DNA from: an uncultured Alphaproteobacteria bacterium
GTDB lineage: Bacteria; Pseudomonadota; Alphaproteobacteria; RF32; CAG-239
Direction: 5' to 3'
NCBI GenBank assembly: GCA_944393235.1
Contig: CALXZJ010000002.1
Coordinates: 1,739-65,738 of the forward strand
Length of the DNA: 64,000 nt
In this document: one piece after another, positions 27,557 through 38,214 of the stretch
Layout: each line of letters opens with the position of its first letter
Numbering within the stretch: the stretch's first letter is position 1
Program-made: the position numbers and the translations under genes
The notes under the pieces: generated by a model
What the model saw: the letters and a program-made list of their open reading frames with translations, nothing else
Told to the model about the DNA's origin: nothing
Databases searched by the model: none

Positions 27557-27847
27557 ATGCGAGATATGATTTTAAAAGCCGTTGCTCAGCCGCCAAAGCT
27601 TTTTTGGGGGCCGGTTTTACCCGTCGCTTTAAATGCCGGCTTGCAGTTCCCTTTAATGTTTATGATGATTGGTGTCGGCGATGTCAACCCTCTGGTGTTT
27701 ATCTTTACCATTATCATAGCTCATGGCTTTATCATCTTGGCAGGCACGCGCGAACCGCACTTGTCAGCCATGATTCAGGCTTTTGGCCAAACCAACAAAG
27801 TTTCAACCAATTTATACCCGGAAAGAGGAAACAAATTTGAACCCTGA
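27557..27847 (+). CDS. virB3: VirB3/TrbD-family T4SS inner-membrane protein
   Basis: 96 aa, MRDMILKAVAQPPKLFWGPVLPVALNAG... followed by a hydrophobic hairpin. It lies immediately upstream of and overlaps virB4. Confidence 0.8.
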   Translation: MRDMILKAVAQPPKLFWGPVLPVALNAGLQFPLMFMMIGVGDVNPLVFIFTIIIAHGFIILAGTREPHLSAMIQAFGQTNKVSTNLYPERGNKFEP

Positions 27848-30269
27848 TTTTGATTTTTTTACCATATTTGTAGACGGTTTAAGCAACGTTGAGGTTGCCA
27901 TAACCGTTATTGGTTTTGTTTCAGCAGCGGCTTTTGCTGTTTTGCTTTCAACCCGCTTTGGCGCTTGGGTTTTGCCGCAGCCGCGTGAATCCCGCGTGTC
28001 AGACTTTTTGCCCTTTGCCAAACTGATGGAAGACGGCATGACCATCCGCTGCACCAATGGCTCATATGCCCGCGTCTTTCGCATTACCGGTATGGATTTG
28101 GCTTCAGCCACGCCGGAAAAGGTGTATTCCATGATGGAGGCGCGCAAATCATGGATTGATAACCTCTCAGAGCTTCAAATTGTCTGTCGGGTAATTACAC
28201 TGCGTGAACGCGCTGAAATGGAAGAAGATAAAGGCGATTTTCAAAACGAACTGCTGGAAAAAGTATCTAAAGTCTGGTCTGACAACATGAGCCGGATTTA
28301 TACCAACCACCACTATATCATTTTGTCAGTCATTGACCGCAAAGATGCCTTAAAAGACCTGAATTATGCCAGCCAATCCCTGGTTGCGACATTAGGCGAA
28401 TATGGTGTCTCGCAAATGTATGAATCTCCGGACAGCCCGGCGGTAGACAGTCCGCTTTATGTCTTTAGCCGCCTTTGCAGCCCGGTCTCCAAGCCTGAAC
28501 CAAAAATCCGCCATGCCGAAGGGCCGGAGTTAAACGAAATGCTTACCTCTGACCATATTCACTTTACGCGTGAACAGGGGATTATCCGTTTCTTTTCCGG
28601 CGAAAAAGAACTGTATGAAATTGTGATGGGCATCCGCACCACCGGCGATTATATGGACGAAAGCATGATTGTCTCTCTGCTCTCGATTGATTGTGAGCTG
28701 GTTCTTTTGCACAATATCCGCCCGATTTTTAAACCTCAGGCACGTATGATGCTTATCCAACAGCAGCGCATGGCGGCATTAACCAGTTTTTCGCCGGAGG
28801 TGGTTGCTCAATATGGCGAAGCCTTAGCCACAATAGAAGACAGCGATGCCGATTATCAAGCTTTAACCGAATATTCAATGTCGGTTATCCTTAAAGGTGC
28901 AAGTCAGGAAGAGCTGGATTTTGGTGAATCTGAAGTACAAAGAATTTGCCGTAGTTTTGGCGTTACGCCTGTGCGTGAAGGCTGGGTGGCTCAAGCAACG
29001 TTCTTTAGCCAATTCCCGACATACGATACATATCCGCGGACATATAGATATTTATCTCGGGTTGTTTCTTTGGCAATTTCATTTGACAAACCGGCGGAAG
29101 GTTTCGGCAAGAGCGACTGGGGACCGGGCGCTATTACGGTTTTCCGCACCATGTCCGGTTCGGCTTATCGTTTCCAATTCCACGTTTCTTCTGAAGAATC
29201 TGCTGTGGCGCACTGCTGTATTATTGGTCCGACCGGACAAGGTAAAACAACCTTGCTGACTTTTTTGGCAGGACAAGCCATGCGGCATGGCGATTTAAAA
29301 GTGTTCTTCTTTGACCGTCACCGCGGTGCTGAAATTTTCACGCGCTCCATAGGCGGCGCATACATCGGCTTTGACGGCGACAATAAAAATGTGTCCTTAA
29401 ATCCGTTTGATGCTGAAAACACGCCTAACAACCGTGCCTTTTTACGCCGCTGGATGAAGTCCATCACCATGGCAGATGATGCCCTATCCGAGCGTGAAAT
29501 TGCTCGCGCGGTAACCACGGCGTTTGACTATCTGCGTCCGGAAGAACGTATTATGAAAAATCTGTACAAAAGCTGTTTTTCGCCAACCGGAACCATGCGC
29601 CGCGAACTGTATCGCTGGATTAATCCGGACCAATACGGTAATATTTTTAATGCTGATACCGATAGTCTGGACTTAAAAGCCAAACGCTTTATGGCATTTG
29701 ACTTTACGCATATTTTTGAAGACGAAACCTTGGCTCCGGCTGTCATTAGCTACATCATGCACCGTATCCAATCCGAAACCGGCGAAACCGGCGTGCCGTC
29801 GTTAATTATGATCGATGAAACGGCGCCAATGTTAAAGCACCCGATGTTTAGAGATTATTTCATGATTGGTTTGCAAGAAGGCCGTAAAAAACGTCAAGCT
29901 TATTTGTGCGCCTTCCAACAGCCGAATATTATAGACAAGTTAGGCGTCGGCGAGGTTATCCGCGGTCAATGCCAAACGGTTATCTTTTTCAGAAACCCGC
30001 AAGCAATGGTAGAAGACTATGTCAGTTGGAACTTAACCCAGAGCGAGCTTGACTTTGTTTTCGGCAAAACCTATCGCGATTTTCCGTATGCAATATTGTT
30101 GTCGCGTCCGGCAACCGGTGAATCTGTCATCTTAGATGTTGATTTAAGCGCTTTGGGTCCGTATTTGAAACTTTATAATTCCGGCCGTAAAAACGTGCTG
30201 CTGGTTGAAGAGCTGATAAAAGAATATGGCGAGAACAATTTTGTTACAAAATATTTAAATATGGCGTAA
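27837..30269 (+). CDS. virB4: VirB4/TrbE-family T4SS ATPase
   Basis: ~810 aa. Walker A is IIGPTGQGKTTLL and Walker B SLIMIDETAP. The start is uncertain: I prefer the TTG at 27837 (GAGGA RBS, overlaps the virB3 stop) to the ORF-track TTG at 27783. Confidence 0.9.
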   Translation: MNPDFDFFTIFVDGLSNVEVAITVIGFVSAAAFAVLLSTRFGAWVLPQPRESRVSDFLPFAKLMEDGMTIRCTNGSYARVFRITGMDLASATPEKVYSMMEARKSWIDNLSELQIVCRVITLRERAEMEEDKGDFQNELLEKVSKVWSDNMSRIYTNHHYIILSVIDRKDALKDLNYASQSLVATLGEYGVSQMYESPDSPAVDSPLYVFSRLCSPVSKPEPKIRHAEGPELNEMLTSDHIHFTREQGIIRFFSGEKELYEIVMGIRTTGDYMDESMIVSLLSIDCELVLLHNIRPIFKPQARMMLIQQQRMAALTSFSPEVVAQYGEALATIEDSDADYQALTEYSMSVILKGASQEELDFGESEVQRICRSFGVTPVREGWVAQATFFSQFPTYDTYPRTYRYLSRVVSLAISFDKPAEGFGKSDWGPGAITVFRTMSGSAYRFQFHVSSEESAVAHCCIIGPTGQGKTTLLTFLAGQAMRHGDLKVFFFDRHRGAEIFTRSIGGAYIGFDGDNKNVSLNPFDAENTPNNRAFLRRWMKSITMADDALSEREIARAVTTAFDYLRPEERIMKNLYKSCFSPTGTMRRELYRWINPDQYGNIFNADTDSLDLKAKRFMAFDFTHIFEDETLAPAVISYIMHRIQSETGETGVPSLIMIDETAPMLKHPMFRDYFMIGLQEGRKKRQAYLCAFQQPNIIDKLGVGEVIRGQCQTVIFFRNPQAMVEDYVSWNLTQSELDFVFGKTYRDFPYAILLSRPATGESVILDVDLSALGPYLKLYNSGRKNVLLVEELIKEYGENNFVTKYLNMA

Positions 30270-30351
30270 TTGATAAAATATTATTTTTATATTTTGAAAT
30301 AGTATGGTAAAATAAATTTATATGGTGTCTTTATATATCAAGGAGGTCAGT

Positions 30352-32178
30352 ATGAACAAAAAACAAACATCTAAAATTTTTTGTTTAACATGCATAAGCA
30401 CAGTCATGCTGGCTTCAACGGCTTATGGCCTGTGGCCGACGACGGATGTGGCTCAAATAACAAACATGATTAACAGTGTTTCAACCCAGATAGAATCAAC
30501 ATCTTCTACCGTTCAGTCTACCTTATCAATTGGTAAAATACAACAGGCTATCGGCGATAACGTCGGCAGTCTGTCAAAGTTTACCAACGCTGCTGAAGAT
30601 GCCAAAAAAGCCGCAGAAGAACTTGAAAAACAAAAAAAGCGGGCTGAGCGCTTGCAGGAATTAAAAGAAAAATATGAAGAACAAAAAGAAAAAATAGAAG
30701 ATACAATTGATGAAGGCAAAGAAACCGCCGAGCAATTATCCGATACGGCGAAAGATAAATATGAAGACGGTATGTCTTTATATGAAAGCGGAAAAACGAC
30801 TTTAGGGCAAAGCAGCGGTTCTGATGACAGCGTTGTTGATAATACCGATGAAGATACGCTTACAACGCAAGAACAAGAAGATGTTTTCACTTCAGGCGAA
30901 AACCATACAACAACTGAAAACAAAACGCCTGACAATAATAACACAAATGACGATACGGCAGACCTGATGGACGATGAGGCTCTGGATGATGAGGCAATTG
31001 CTGATTTGATTTCAGATGAAGAATTTTCCGAAGGCGGTTGGGATGATTTGCCGACTTTAGATCAAACTGAAACGCTAAATGGAACACGCTTGCCGGGAAG
31101 TGGTGGAGCGTTACCGGAAACCGGAATTCTGCCGCCCAATACAATAGGTCGCCGACCATTTACGCCAAACGTTACGGTAGAACCTGTTGCGGTTGGCAGT
31201 GAAACGATAGAAACCGGAGGAAACCCGACCGCAGAAACCAATGAAGCTACGGCAGCTTTTGAAGAAACAACAGCCGAAGAAGAAGTTTTATTACCACAAA
31301 CCGAAGGGAACGCTGGACAGCCGACAGAGCCTGAACTTTCTTCATCATCGGCGCCGTTATCAACCCCGGCATCTGTGACATCATCAGCCTCAACATCTGC
31401 AGCGCCTTCCGTAACGCGCCGAGCTTTCAGAATACAAAAAGGGACGGTTGAAAACACAGCGCCGACACTATCTGCGCCGGTTGATAATGCGCCAACCGCA
31501 GCGCCTATGATTATGGTACCGGCAGCTGACGCGGCAAAGCCGGTTGAGGCGGATGTCTCTGTCAATCCTGCAATTGCGCCGATGTCAATCAAACAAAGGC
31601 CTGCCCGCCGCGCATTTACAACCTCGTCGGCAGATTTCTTTTATCAAAGTACTCGACCTTTTGCTTTTGCTCAAACAACTGAAACCTCATCATCATATAA
31701 AACCGGAACGACGGATAACGGGAAGTTCATATATTCAGACATCATCGCCAACAAATGCGGTATCAATTTCGATGATGAATTTGATGAAGAAACTTGGGAT
31801 GAATGTGTCAAAGAATGGGTTATGGCTATGAATGATCCGAATGCGGAAACAGCCGCCGAATGGAGAAAAGCATACAATGAAGCGGAAAGAGAGCATGTTT
31901 CTGCCGATTTAGGCATGGCTTTAGTGCAAAAAAGCTATGCGGCTGCATTTGATACCGAGGTGGCAAAAGATTTAAAAAGCAAATCTCAGGCGCTGACCAA
32001 TGAGCGTGAAGAGATTGCTTTTGCCGGGAAAGCTGCCCTAACCAACCAAGAAATTATCATTCGTTTGATGGAGGCTATGACGGGGCAGGTTGTAACAGGA
32101 GCTTGGTCGAGCGTAAAGCTGATTGAAAAAGGTTATTACGATGAGGAAGAAGCCGATGAAGACGCAACTAATGAATAA
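30352..32178 (+). CDS. Secreted protein with a VirB5/TrbJ-like N-terminus, a coiled coil, a long T/E/P/A-rich disordered middle and a helical C-terminal domain
   Basis: AGGAGG RBS and a signal peptide. The mature N-terminus WPTTDVAQITNMINSVSTQIES resembles the (I/V)PV(I/T)D...(I/L).Q start of TrbJ/VirB5. It lies just after virB4, where trbJ/virB5 normally sits. Confidence 0.4.
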   Translation: MNKKQTSKIFCLTCISTVMLASTAYGLWPTTDVAQITNMINSVSTQIESTSSTVQSTLSIGKIQQAIGDNVGSLSKFTNAAEDAKKAAEELEKQKKRAERLQELKEKYEEQKEKIEDTIDEGKETAEQLSDTAKDKYEDGMSLYESGKTTLGQSSGSDDSVVDNTDEDTLTTQEQEDVFTSGENHTTTENKTPDNNNTNDDTADLMDDEALDDEAIADLISDEEFSEGGWDDLPTLDQTETLNGTRLPGSGGALPETGILPPNTIGRRPFTPNVTVEPVAVGSETIETGGNPTAETNEATAAFEETTAEEEVLLPQTEGNAGQPTEPELSSSSAPLSTPASVTSSASTSAAPSVTRRAFRIQKGTVENTAPTLSAPVDNAPTAAPMIMVPAADAAKPVEADVSVNPAIAPMSIKQRPARRAFTTSSADFFYQSTRPFAFAQTTETSSSYKTGTTDNGKFIYSDIIANKCGINFDDEFDEETWDECVKEWVMAMNDPNAETAAEWRKAYNEAEREHVSADLGMALVQKSYAAAFDTEVAKDLKSKSQALTNEREEIAFAGKAALTNQEIIIRLMEAMTGQVVTGAWSSVKLIEKGYYDEEEADEDATNE

Positions 32179-32833
32179 AGCTTTTATAGTCATGGCTGTC
32201 TTAGGCTTTGGCATGAGCTTTTCTCTGTCTGCACGAGCTGACATTGAAGCGGTAAGTGCTACAGCGAAAGGAATTATTATCCGGGCTGAAGATCTCAAAA
32301 AAGAAGCAGAAAAAAGGCTTTCAGAAGCAAAAAATCTAATAGCCTCACAAATTCAGGATTTTAACAATCTTAAAAGCTCAGTTGAAGGGCTCAAAGATAA
32401 TTTAACCAATCCGCTTGATTCTCCCAAAACATTTGTTTTGGGTGGTGTGCAAAAATCAACTGATGGCTCCAAAACTGATGGTGAATTGGCTAAAGATGTT
32501 GAGAAAACTTATGTTCGATACGAAGGGGATGATACCATAGTCAGAGCTCGAAAACTGCAAAATGACTTAAACAAAGTTATGGGTGAAAACGCCGCTCTTC
32601 TTTATGCCCGCACGCTGATACTGCGCCAAGAGCTGCTCAATGAAAAGAACCCGGAACATTCGCTTGAAACAATTGAAGATGCCTTGCAAGCCAGCAATGA
32701 CATGGTTCTTCTCTCTATGCAGCGCTGGAACAAAATTTTAGCCATGCAGGCTTATATCAACGAATACAACAATACCGTTGCTATCCATAATTTCAAACGG
32801 GAAGCTGAGGAGGAAGAAGATAATGAAGAATAA
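32156..32833 (+). CDS. Secreted all-helical protein (~226 aa), T4SS-linked, function unknown
   Basis: GAGGA RBS and signal peptide ending SLSARA/D. It has a helical/coiled-coil composition and an acidic tail (EAEEEEDNEE). It is translationally coupled to its neighbours. Confidence 0.6.
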   Translation: MKTQLMNKAFIVMAVLGFGMSFSLSARADIEAVSATAKGIIIRAEDLKKEAEKRLSEAKNLIASQIQDFNNLKSSVEGLKDNLTNPLDSPKTFVLGGVQKSTDGSKTDGELAKDVEKTYVRYEGDDTIVRARKLQNDLNKVMGENAALLYARTLILRQELLNEKNPEHSLETIEDALQASNDMVLLSMQRWNKILAMQAYINEYNNTVAIHNFKREAEEEEDNEE

Positions 32834-34079
32834 ACAAATTAACATATTCCTCCTAACTTGTTGCTGTTTCTTTGCTGTTGCTGCGGCAGAAACAGCCAGA
32901 GCGCAGACCAAACTTGATGCCGGGACATTGTCAAACACCATTTTAAAAACCATCGGAAACACCGAAGAAAGTGTTGGAGAAGCGACTAAAACTGCCGGTG
33001 AAAAAGCACAAGAATTATTAATCGGGCCGGTAGAAAATGCAAAGTTTGAAAAAATAAAGGCCCTAAAAGAAGATATTACCAAAGCACAGAGCACCATACA
33101 GGATAAATATGAAGAAGTTTCTGAAGATGTTGAAAATGCGGCTTCCGATATCAACGAAACAGCCGCCGATATCAACAAGACTGCCGACCAGATTGAAAAC
33201 AGCAGCCTTAAAAGCACGGCTGATTTAGGCAAACAACTCAACGACGTCAATCAGCAAATAGAAAATTACCAAACGGCAGCCTCTGAAGAACTAACAGCAA
33301 AAGCCAAAGCCGCCAATGACAATTATGCCGCTTTGCAGGCAATGTATGATGCCGCAGAAAACGAAGATGATAAAGCGGCAATTTCTGCCCAAATGTCTGC
33401 TTTGACGGAAGAAATCGACGGATACAACACCACGCTTGAGCAATTTGAAAATGGCGAAGTTGAAGATTATTTTAAAGATGATGAAGAATATCAGTCTTTG
33501 CTTGCCCAGCGTAATGACATTAACGCGCAGCTAAAAGACATTGGCGCAGCGGCTGCCGGTCTTGCCCTGACTTCAATTTCTAATCTTTTAAGCAAAACTG
33601 ATGAAGAAAAACAAGAAGAATATACTGGCGTGATTCTTAAAAATTTTCTGCAAAAGGATGAGCCTAACACGCCTGAAAATGTCAGCAGGGTGATGAATTA
33701 TCGGCGGGAAGTTTTCAAACAGGATGTTGCACATGCCTTATATACGGCTATTTCGCTAAAACTTAAGCTGGATGAAGAACTAAAGAGCATAAAGACCAAA
33801 CAAAAAAACATGGCAGCAGCCGATTATAAAATGACTGCCGGCAATTTGTTGGTTGAACAACGGATTGATGATATCAAAATTTTATATAATTATACCAATC
33901 TGCTGATTGCCGAAATGCGCTTGAAAACCTCGCAAAACATGCTTAATCAAGACCAGCGTTTAAAAAATTATGATAAAGATCCGGCAGTGCTTAACTTAGA
34001 TAATTATGTCTTTACCGAAGACGATATTCCGTCAGATGAAGGCAAAAGAAGCTTTTTGGATGATGTAACGGCAAATTAA
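32823..34079 (+). CDS. Secreted coiled-coil protein (~418 aa), T4SS-linked, function unknown
   Basis: GGAGGA RBS. The start overlaps the upstream stop. The signal peptide ends ETARA/Q. It is E/K/A/D-rich helical sequence throughout. Confidence 0.6.
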   Translation: MKNKQINIFLLTCCCFFAVAAAETARAQTKLDAGTLSNTILKTIGNTEESVGEATKTAGEKAQELLIGPVENAKFEKIKALKEDITKAQSTIQDKYEEVSEDVENAASDINETAADINKTADQIENSSLKSTADLGKQLNDVNQQIENYQTAASEELTAKAKAANDNYAALQAMYDAAENEDDKAAISAQMSALTEEIDGYNTTLEQFENGEVEDYFKDDEEYQSLLAQRNDINAQLKDIGAAAAGLALTSISNLLSKTDEEKQEEYTGVILKNFLQKDEPNTPENVSRVMNYRREVFKQDVAHALYTAISLKLKLDEELKSIKTKQKNMAAADYKMTAGNLLVEQRIDDIKILYNYTNLLIAEMRLKTSQNMLNQDQRLKNYDKDPAVLNLDNYVFTEDDIPSDEGKRSFLDDVTAN

Positions 34080-34089
34080 GGAGGAAACG

Positions 34090-37000
34090 ATGAAAAAATA
34101 TCAGTTGTTCAAATGGGCGATTATCCTTGCCGCTACACTCAGTGCAAATTCAGCAGTTGCTTTGCTTCCGCCGTGCTTTTTCTGTGCTTCGTTTGACAGT
34201 GCAACGGACGGCGGTTATGCAGGAGAAAGCACTACTGCAACAACAACCTCCATCAAAACCGAACTGGAACGGTTGCAAACTGAAGCCAACCAAACCTTAA
34301 AAGGAACGCTTGAGAAATTAAAACAACTTGATTTAACCCAAACTCTTTTTAACAAAGAAGAAGGTCAGCCCAACTTGGCAAGTGCTCGTACCATTGAACA
34401 AAGTGAAATTGCCGACATTACGAATGAAGATTCAATTGTTGAAGCCTTTCGTAAACTATTTTTAGTTTATCCGGAAGATATTCTTGCAAAATATCCGGAA
34501 AATCAACGGGCGGTTAAACGGGCATATGAAGATAAAGCAATTGAGTTTGGCAATGATGCCATGATTGAAATGTACATTACGGTCAGAGATCTGGAAGCCA
34601 GAATGGAAGCCCTCAAAATGGAGTATGACGCCTTAAGCATTTGTTATGTTCAAGGCGGAACCGCTGATACCAGCAGTTGTTCCGGCGCCTCATCCAGTGA
34701 AGACGAACTTGGTGTTTGGAGCAATTATTATAAACTAAACGTTATTTATGATTCTATGCTCAAAGTTACGGAAGAACTTATGGCTTTACGAGCACAATAC
34801 GAAGTAGCTCAGGCTGTTTTATCCGGCATTGAACCTGTGGAAGAAGATAAAAAAGAAGATACGGAAAATTCAGAACAAGAAACGGCAAATCAAGAAGAAG
34901 AGCAAGTCAGCAGCAATGAAGTTTTCCATTATCTTCATAGCCGCCAAATAGCTCATGCACAAATGTTTTCGACAAAATCAACTTCTGAGCGGCAAGCTAA
35001 GCTGACAACAAAAGAAACATCAACAGCAAAAGCAACGAATACTTCTGTAACAAATAAAACAGATACTGCAGATGCAGATACGGATGAAGATGAAGGGGGT
35101 GTTGTGCAGGCTGAACCATACAAAATCAGTTCGCCGTTTGCCGGAACGGCTGAACAGTTTCAAGCCTCTATAACAGCCAACAATGTTTATCAAACATTGC
35201 AAAAAGCCTTACAAGCGCATAATTTGAAGCAGCAGCTGCCGGAATATCGCAGAGTTTTTGTTGAATATAATAAGATGAAAGAGCAACACGAAAAAGCCCT
35301 TACACAGCTGATGAAATCTGAAAACTGCGCCATAAACTATCTTGGCAAATATTATATAGATCCGGTTAAGGTATGGTATGGCGATGGCTGCCGGTCGGTA
35401 GCGCAAAAAATTGTATGCGATTCCAACCGTACTTTAACGGCGGAAACATTAAAAAATTTATTGCCGGGCGATGTATTATGTGAAAATGATAAAACCAAAA
35501 TCTGCAGCAGTTATAACCTTAATGACTATTCCAGCCGCGAAGGTTTTTCTGGCTGGCTGATTTCGGCATATAAAGCTGCCAAAAGCGCAAAGGCGCTTAG
35601 CCTTAATGAAGAAGACCTTGCTTCCCCAATGACCAATACAAGCATAGAGCCAAATGTGGCAAACATAGAATCTTTAAGCGCACAATATAGTGCGGAAAGC
35701 GCAGCCGGCACGATGGACAGCTCATTGCTTAATCCAAGCCAAGAAGAAACAATAGAAAAAAATTTACGCGAACAAAATCTGATTTCTTGGCAGTTAGGTG
35801 CCGAGGCGGCTCGAAAAATCAGCAGCGATATGACTTCAGGGTCATCTGAATGGGGCGTGCTAAAAGCTTCTTATCCGATATGGGCCGACGAGAAACTTGT
35901 TTATCAGCAGTATTTAAAAGAAAAATACAAAAACATGAGGCTTTATATACAAAACCTGGATTTACGCCCCCAAACCGGTGAGTTGGTGCAAGCCATTAAT
36001 AATATTTTGCCGGCATCCGGGACTGTGGATGGCATCAATTTATTAGAAATTAAAAATTACAACAATTCTGTTTTAGAAAAATTGCTGCCATTAGTCTATC
36101 AAGACAAAAGCAATACAAAGGTCAAATTTAGAGCGGCGAAATTACAAGAAGATCTGGAAGACGAATTAAACGACCTTAAAACATCATTTTATGCTGAAAT
36201 GACAAGCTTAATTAACAGAAAAGACACGTTTTATGAAGATTATGATTCTGAAAATAAAAAATTAAACGAGTATAAAGCAAAATATAATGAGCAAATAGGA
36301 AACAAACAACAAGAAGAAAGTGATATTGAAGGTCAAAAAATAGTAATTGAAATTTCCCAAGACCGAAAAGCAAAATCTAAAGACGTTATGGGAAATTTTG
36401 AAGACAATGCCGAAAGCGCAATCAATGTGTCTAATGAAAAAGCCGCAGAAGCAGAGCAAGAATCCAAAACCTTTTTGCCGGGAATTGAGGAGCAACGCGG
36501 CAACATTGATAGTTTAAAATTAGAGCTAGAAAGTCTTGAAGAAAGCATTGCCCGTGCCAAAAGCAATTATGCTGCGCGGGCTTCTGAGGCAGAAGCTAAA
36601 GGCTTTGCGGAAATTAAGGCGGCATTGTCTGATAATGGGAACGATGCAGCTGCAGAAACGCTCGGCAGCAGCGATCATTTGGCTGATATCTTAAAGTCTG
36701 GCGGAAACATGGCTTCTCGCGCATTGTTATCAGCCATTATTAACGTTGCAGATGCGGCTACAAAAGAAGTTAGGCAGCAAATAATTAGTAAAATTAACGA
36801 AGCCTCAAGCAAAATAGCGGCTTTGGATGAAGACCGTTTTACCCAAAAAGGCTATGATAATATTGTGGCAATCCATCGCAAAATGCTCAATGATATAAAA
36901 GATGTGGATATTAATATTTCCATAAGCAGTACAAGTTTGGCAACATTTTTAACGGCGAATGCGGTAAAAGAGTTGGCAAAAGAAATCATTGTTAGCAATA

Positions 37001-38214
37001 TATTTGCAGAAATTTGTGGAAACAATGTTTGTTATGAGGAGGATAGCGAATATTTTGTCGGCGCCAATCCTCAACCGCATGATTTTATGGCGCCGAAAGA
37101 TCTTGTAACAACACCGACGCCGCCGCTGCGCGAAATAGTTCACTTTGACCGGAACGACTTTGCAGAAGTGCTAAAATCAGACACATGGATGACCATGAGA
37201 GATGGTGTCTTGGCTGGTTTCATGGCAACGGGGCAAAAATTACCGGAAATTTGGGAACGGATTTTAGGCGGCAGAGGCTTTGTAGAACGGGATATTGATA
37301 TGGAAGATATATTATCTTACAATCAATCGACCTATGATGTTTTACGACAAGGGGCTGGTTATCCGTGCACGACCGGAAAATACGATGTTTATATTCGTAA
37401 TGGCGAATATTATGTCGCAAATGCAACCGGCGAAATAAAACAGTTTTGCAAGGATATTCAAACAATAAGCTTGCCGTTGAGCCAAGCTGTAAAGATTTAT
37501 TTTATAGATGGTCGAGTTTCAAACGGCGCTACCAAAACACCTCCCGAAAAAGAACTTTCGAGCGAGCTGGCAACAATTTTAGCGTATGATGACGGTTTAA
37601 CATTTAATAGCTATATTAAAGAAATTATGGAGTTCTACGAAAATTACGCAAACGGAGAAAATGTTGATGAAAGCGTTCAAGAACGAGACAAGCTTTATAG
37701 AAAAGAATTGTTAATGCAAAATCAGTTTGGCGATTTCTTGAATTTTGTTGAAAATGAGATGATTTATCAAGACAATATTGATAAATTAGATGTCGAAATA
37801 GGACAAACGCGAGAAAAAATCAAAGAACAGTTGTCAGACATTGGATATGAACCACAAGAAGACTTTGATCTTGCCGATGATGTAACATATAATGAAATTA
37901 TGAATGCTTTAGATTCAACTAAAAACAAATATATGGAAGAGAGTGTCAGCCAAATTGACTCAATACAGCCATTAAATGATGTTATTGAAGAGAAGCTGAC
38001 AAAAATCAACAACATTGTCGGCGCGCTGCAAATGGATAATGAAGAGCGTGTTCTGTTAAGTGATAATATGTCAGGTAACAGCGAATTATCAGAAAAAAGT
38101 AAAAGCAAGCAGGTTGACGCTCAAGTTCGGGAAAAATACGAACAAGAGGCGCAAAAAGCGCATGAGGATAATTTAGCAAATTCTGAAGAACCCTATTGTG
38201 CAAATTATGAATAA
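34090..38214 (+). CDS. Very large secreted coiled-coil protein (1374 aa), T4SS-linked, function unknown
   Basis: AAGGAGG RBS and a signal peptide (...ANSAVA/LL). It has long heptad-like charged segments, several Cys pairs and no internal TM helices. Its stop overlaps the virB8 start (TAATG). Confidence 0.65.
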   Translation: MKKYQLFKWAIILAATLSANSAVALLPPCFFCASFDSATDGGYAGESTTATTTSIKTELERLQTEANQTLKGTLEKLKQLDLTQTLFNKEEGQPNLASARTIEQSEIADITNEDSIVEAFRKLFLVYPEDILAKYPENQRAVKRAYEDKAIEFGNDAMIEMYITVRDLEARMEALKMEYDALSICYVQGGTADTSSCSGASSSEDELGVWSNYYKLNVIYDSMLKVTEELMALRAQYEVAQAVLSGIEPVEEDKKEDTENSEQETANQEEEQVSSNEVFHYLHSRQIAHAQMFSTKSTSERQAKLTTKETSTAKATNTSVTNKTDTADADTDEDEGGVVQAEPYKISSPFAGTAEQFQASITANNVYQTLQKALQAHNLKQQLPEYRRVFVEYNKMKEQHEKALTQLMKSENCAINYLGKYYIDPVKVWYGDGCRSVAQKIVCDSNRTLTAETLKNLLPGDVLCENDKTKICSSYNLNDYSSREGFSGWLISAYKAAKSAKALSLNEEDLASPMTNTSIEPNVANIESLSAQYSAESAAGTMDSSLLNPSQEETIEKNLREQNLISWQLGAEAARKISSDMTSGSSEWGVLKASYPIWADEKLVYQQYLKEKYKNMRLYIQNLDLRPQTGELVQAINNILPASGTVDGINLLEIKNYNNSVLEKLLPLVYQDKSNTKVKFRAAKLQEDLEDELNDLKTSFYAEMTSLINRKDTFYEDYDSENKKLNEYKAKYNEQIGNKQQEESDIEGQKIVIEISQDRKAKSKDVMGNFEDNAESAINVSNEKAAEAEQESKTFLPGIEEQRGNIDSLKLELESLEESIARAKSNYAARASEAEAKGFAEIKAALSDNGNDAAAETLGSSDHLADILKSGGNMASRALLSAIINVADAATKEVRQQIISKINEASSKIAALDEDRFTQKGYDNIVAIHRKMLNDIKDVDINISISSTSLATFLTANAVKELAKEIIVSNIFAEICGNNVCYEEDSEYFVGANPQPHDFMAPKDLVTTPTPPLREIVHFDRNDFAEVLKSDTWMTMRDGVLAGFMATGQKLPEIWERILGGRGFVERDIDMEDILSYNQSTYDVLRQGAGYPCTTGKYDVYIRNGEYYVANATGEIKQFCKDIQTISLPLSQAVKIYFIDGRVSNGATKTPPEKELSSELATILAYDDGLTFNSYIKEIMEFYENYANGENVDESVQERDKLYRKELLMQNQFGDFLNFVENEMIYQDNIDKLDVEIGQTREKIKEQLSDIGYEPQEDFDLADDVTYNEIMNALDSTKNKYMEESVSQIDSIQPLNDVIEEKLTKINNIVGALQMDNEERVLLSDNMSGNSELSEKSKSKQVDAQVREKYEQEAQKAHEDNLANSEEPYCANYE

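Noticed and set aside
27553-27840. 95-aa ORF in an alternative + frame overlapping virB3
   Set aside because: The 27557..27847 frame gives a typical VirB3 sequence and topology. The alternative frame is Arg/Cys-rich nonsense.
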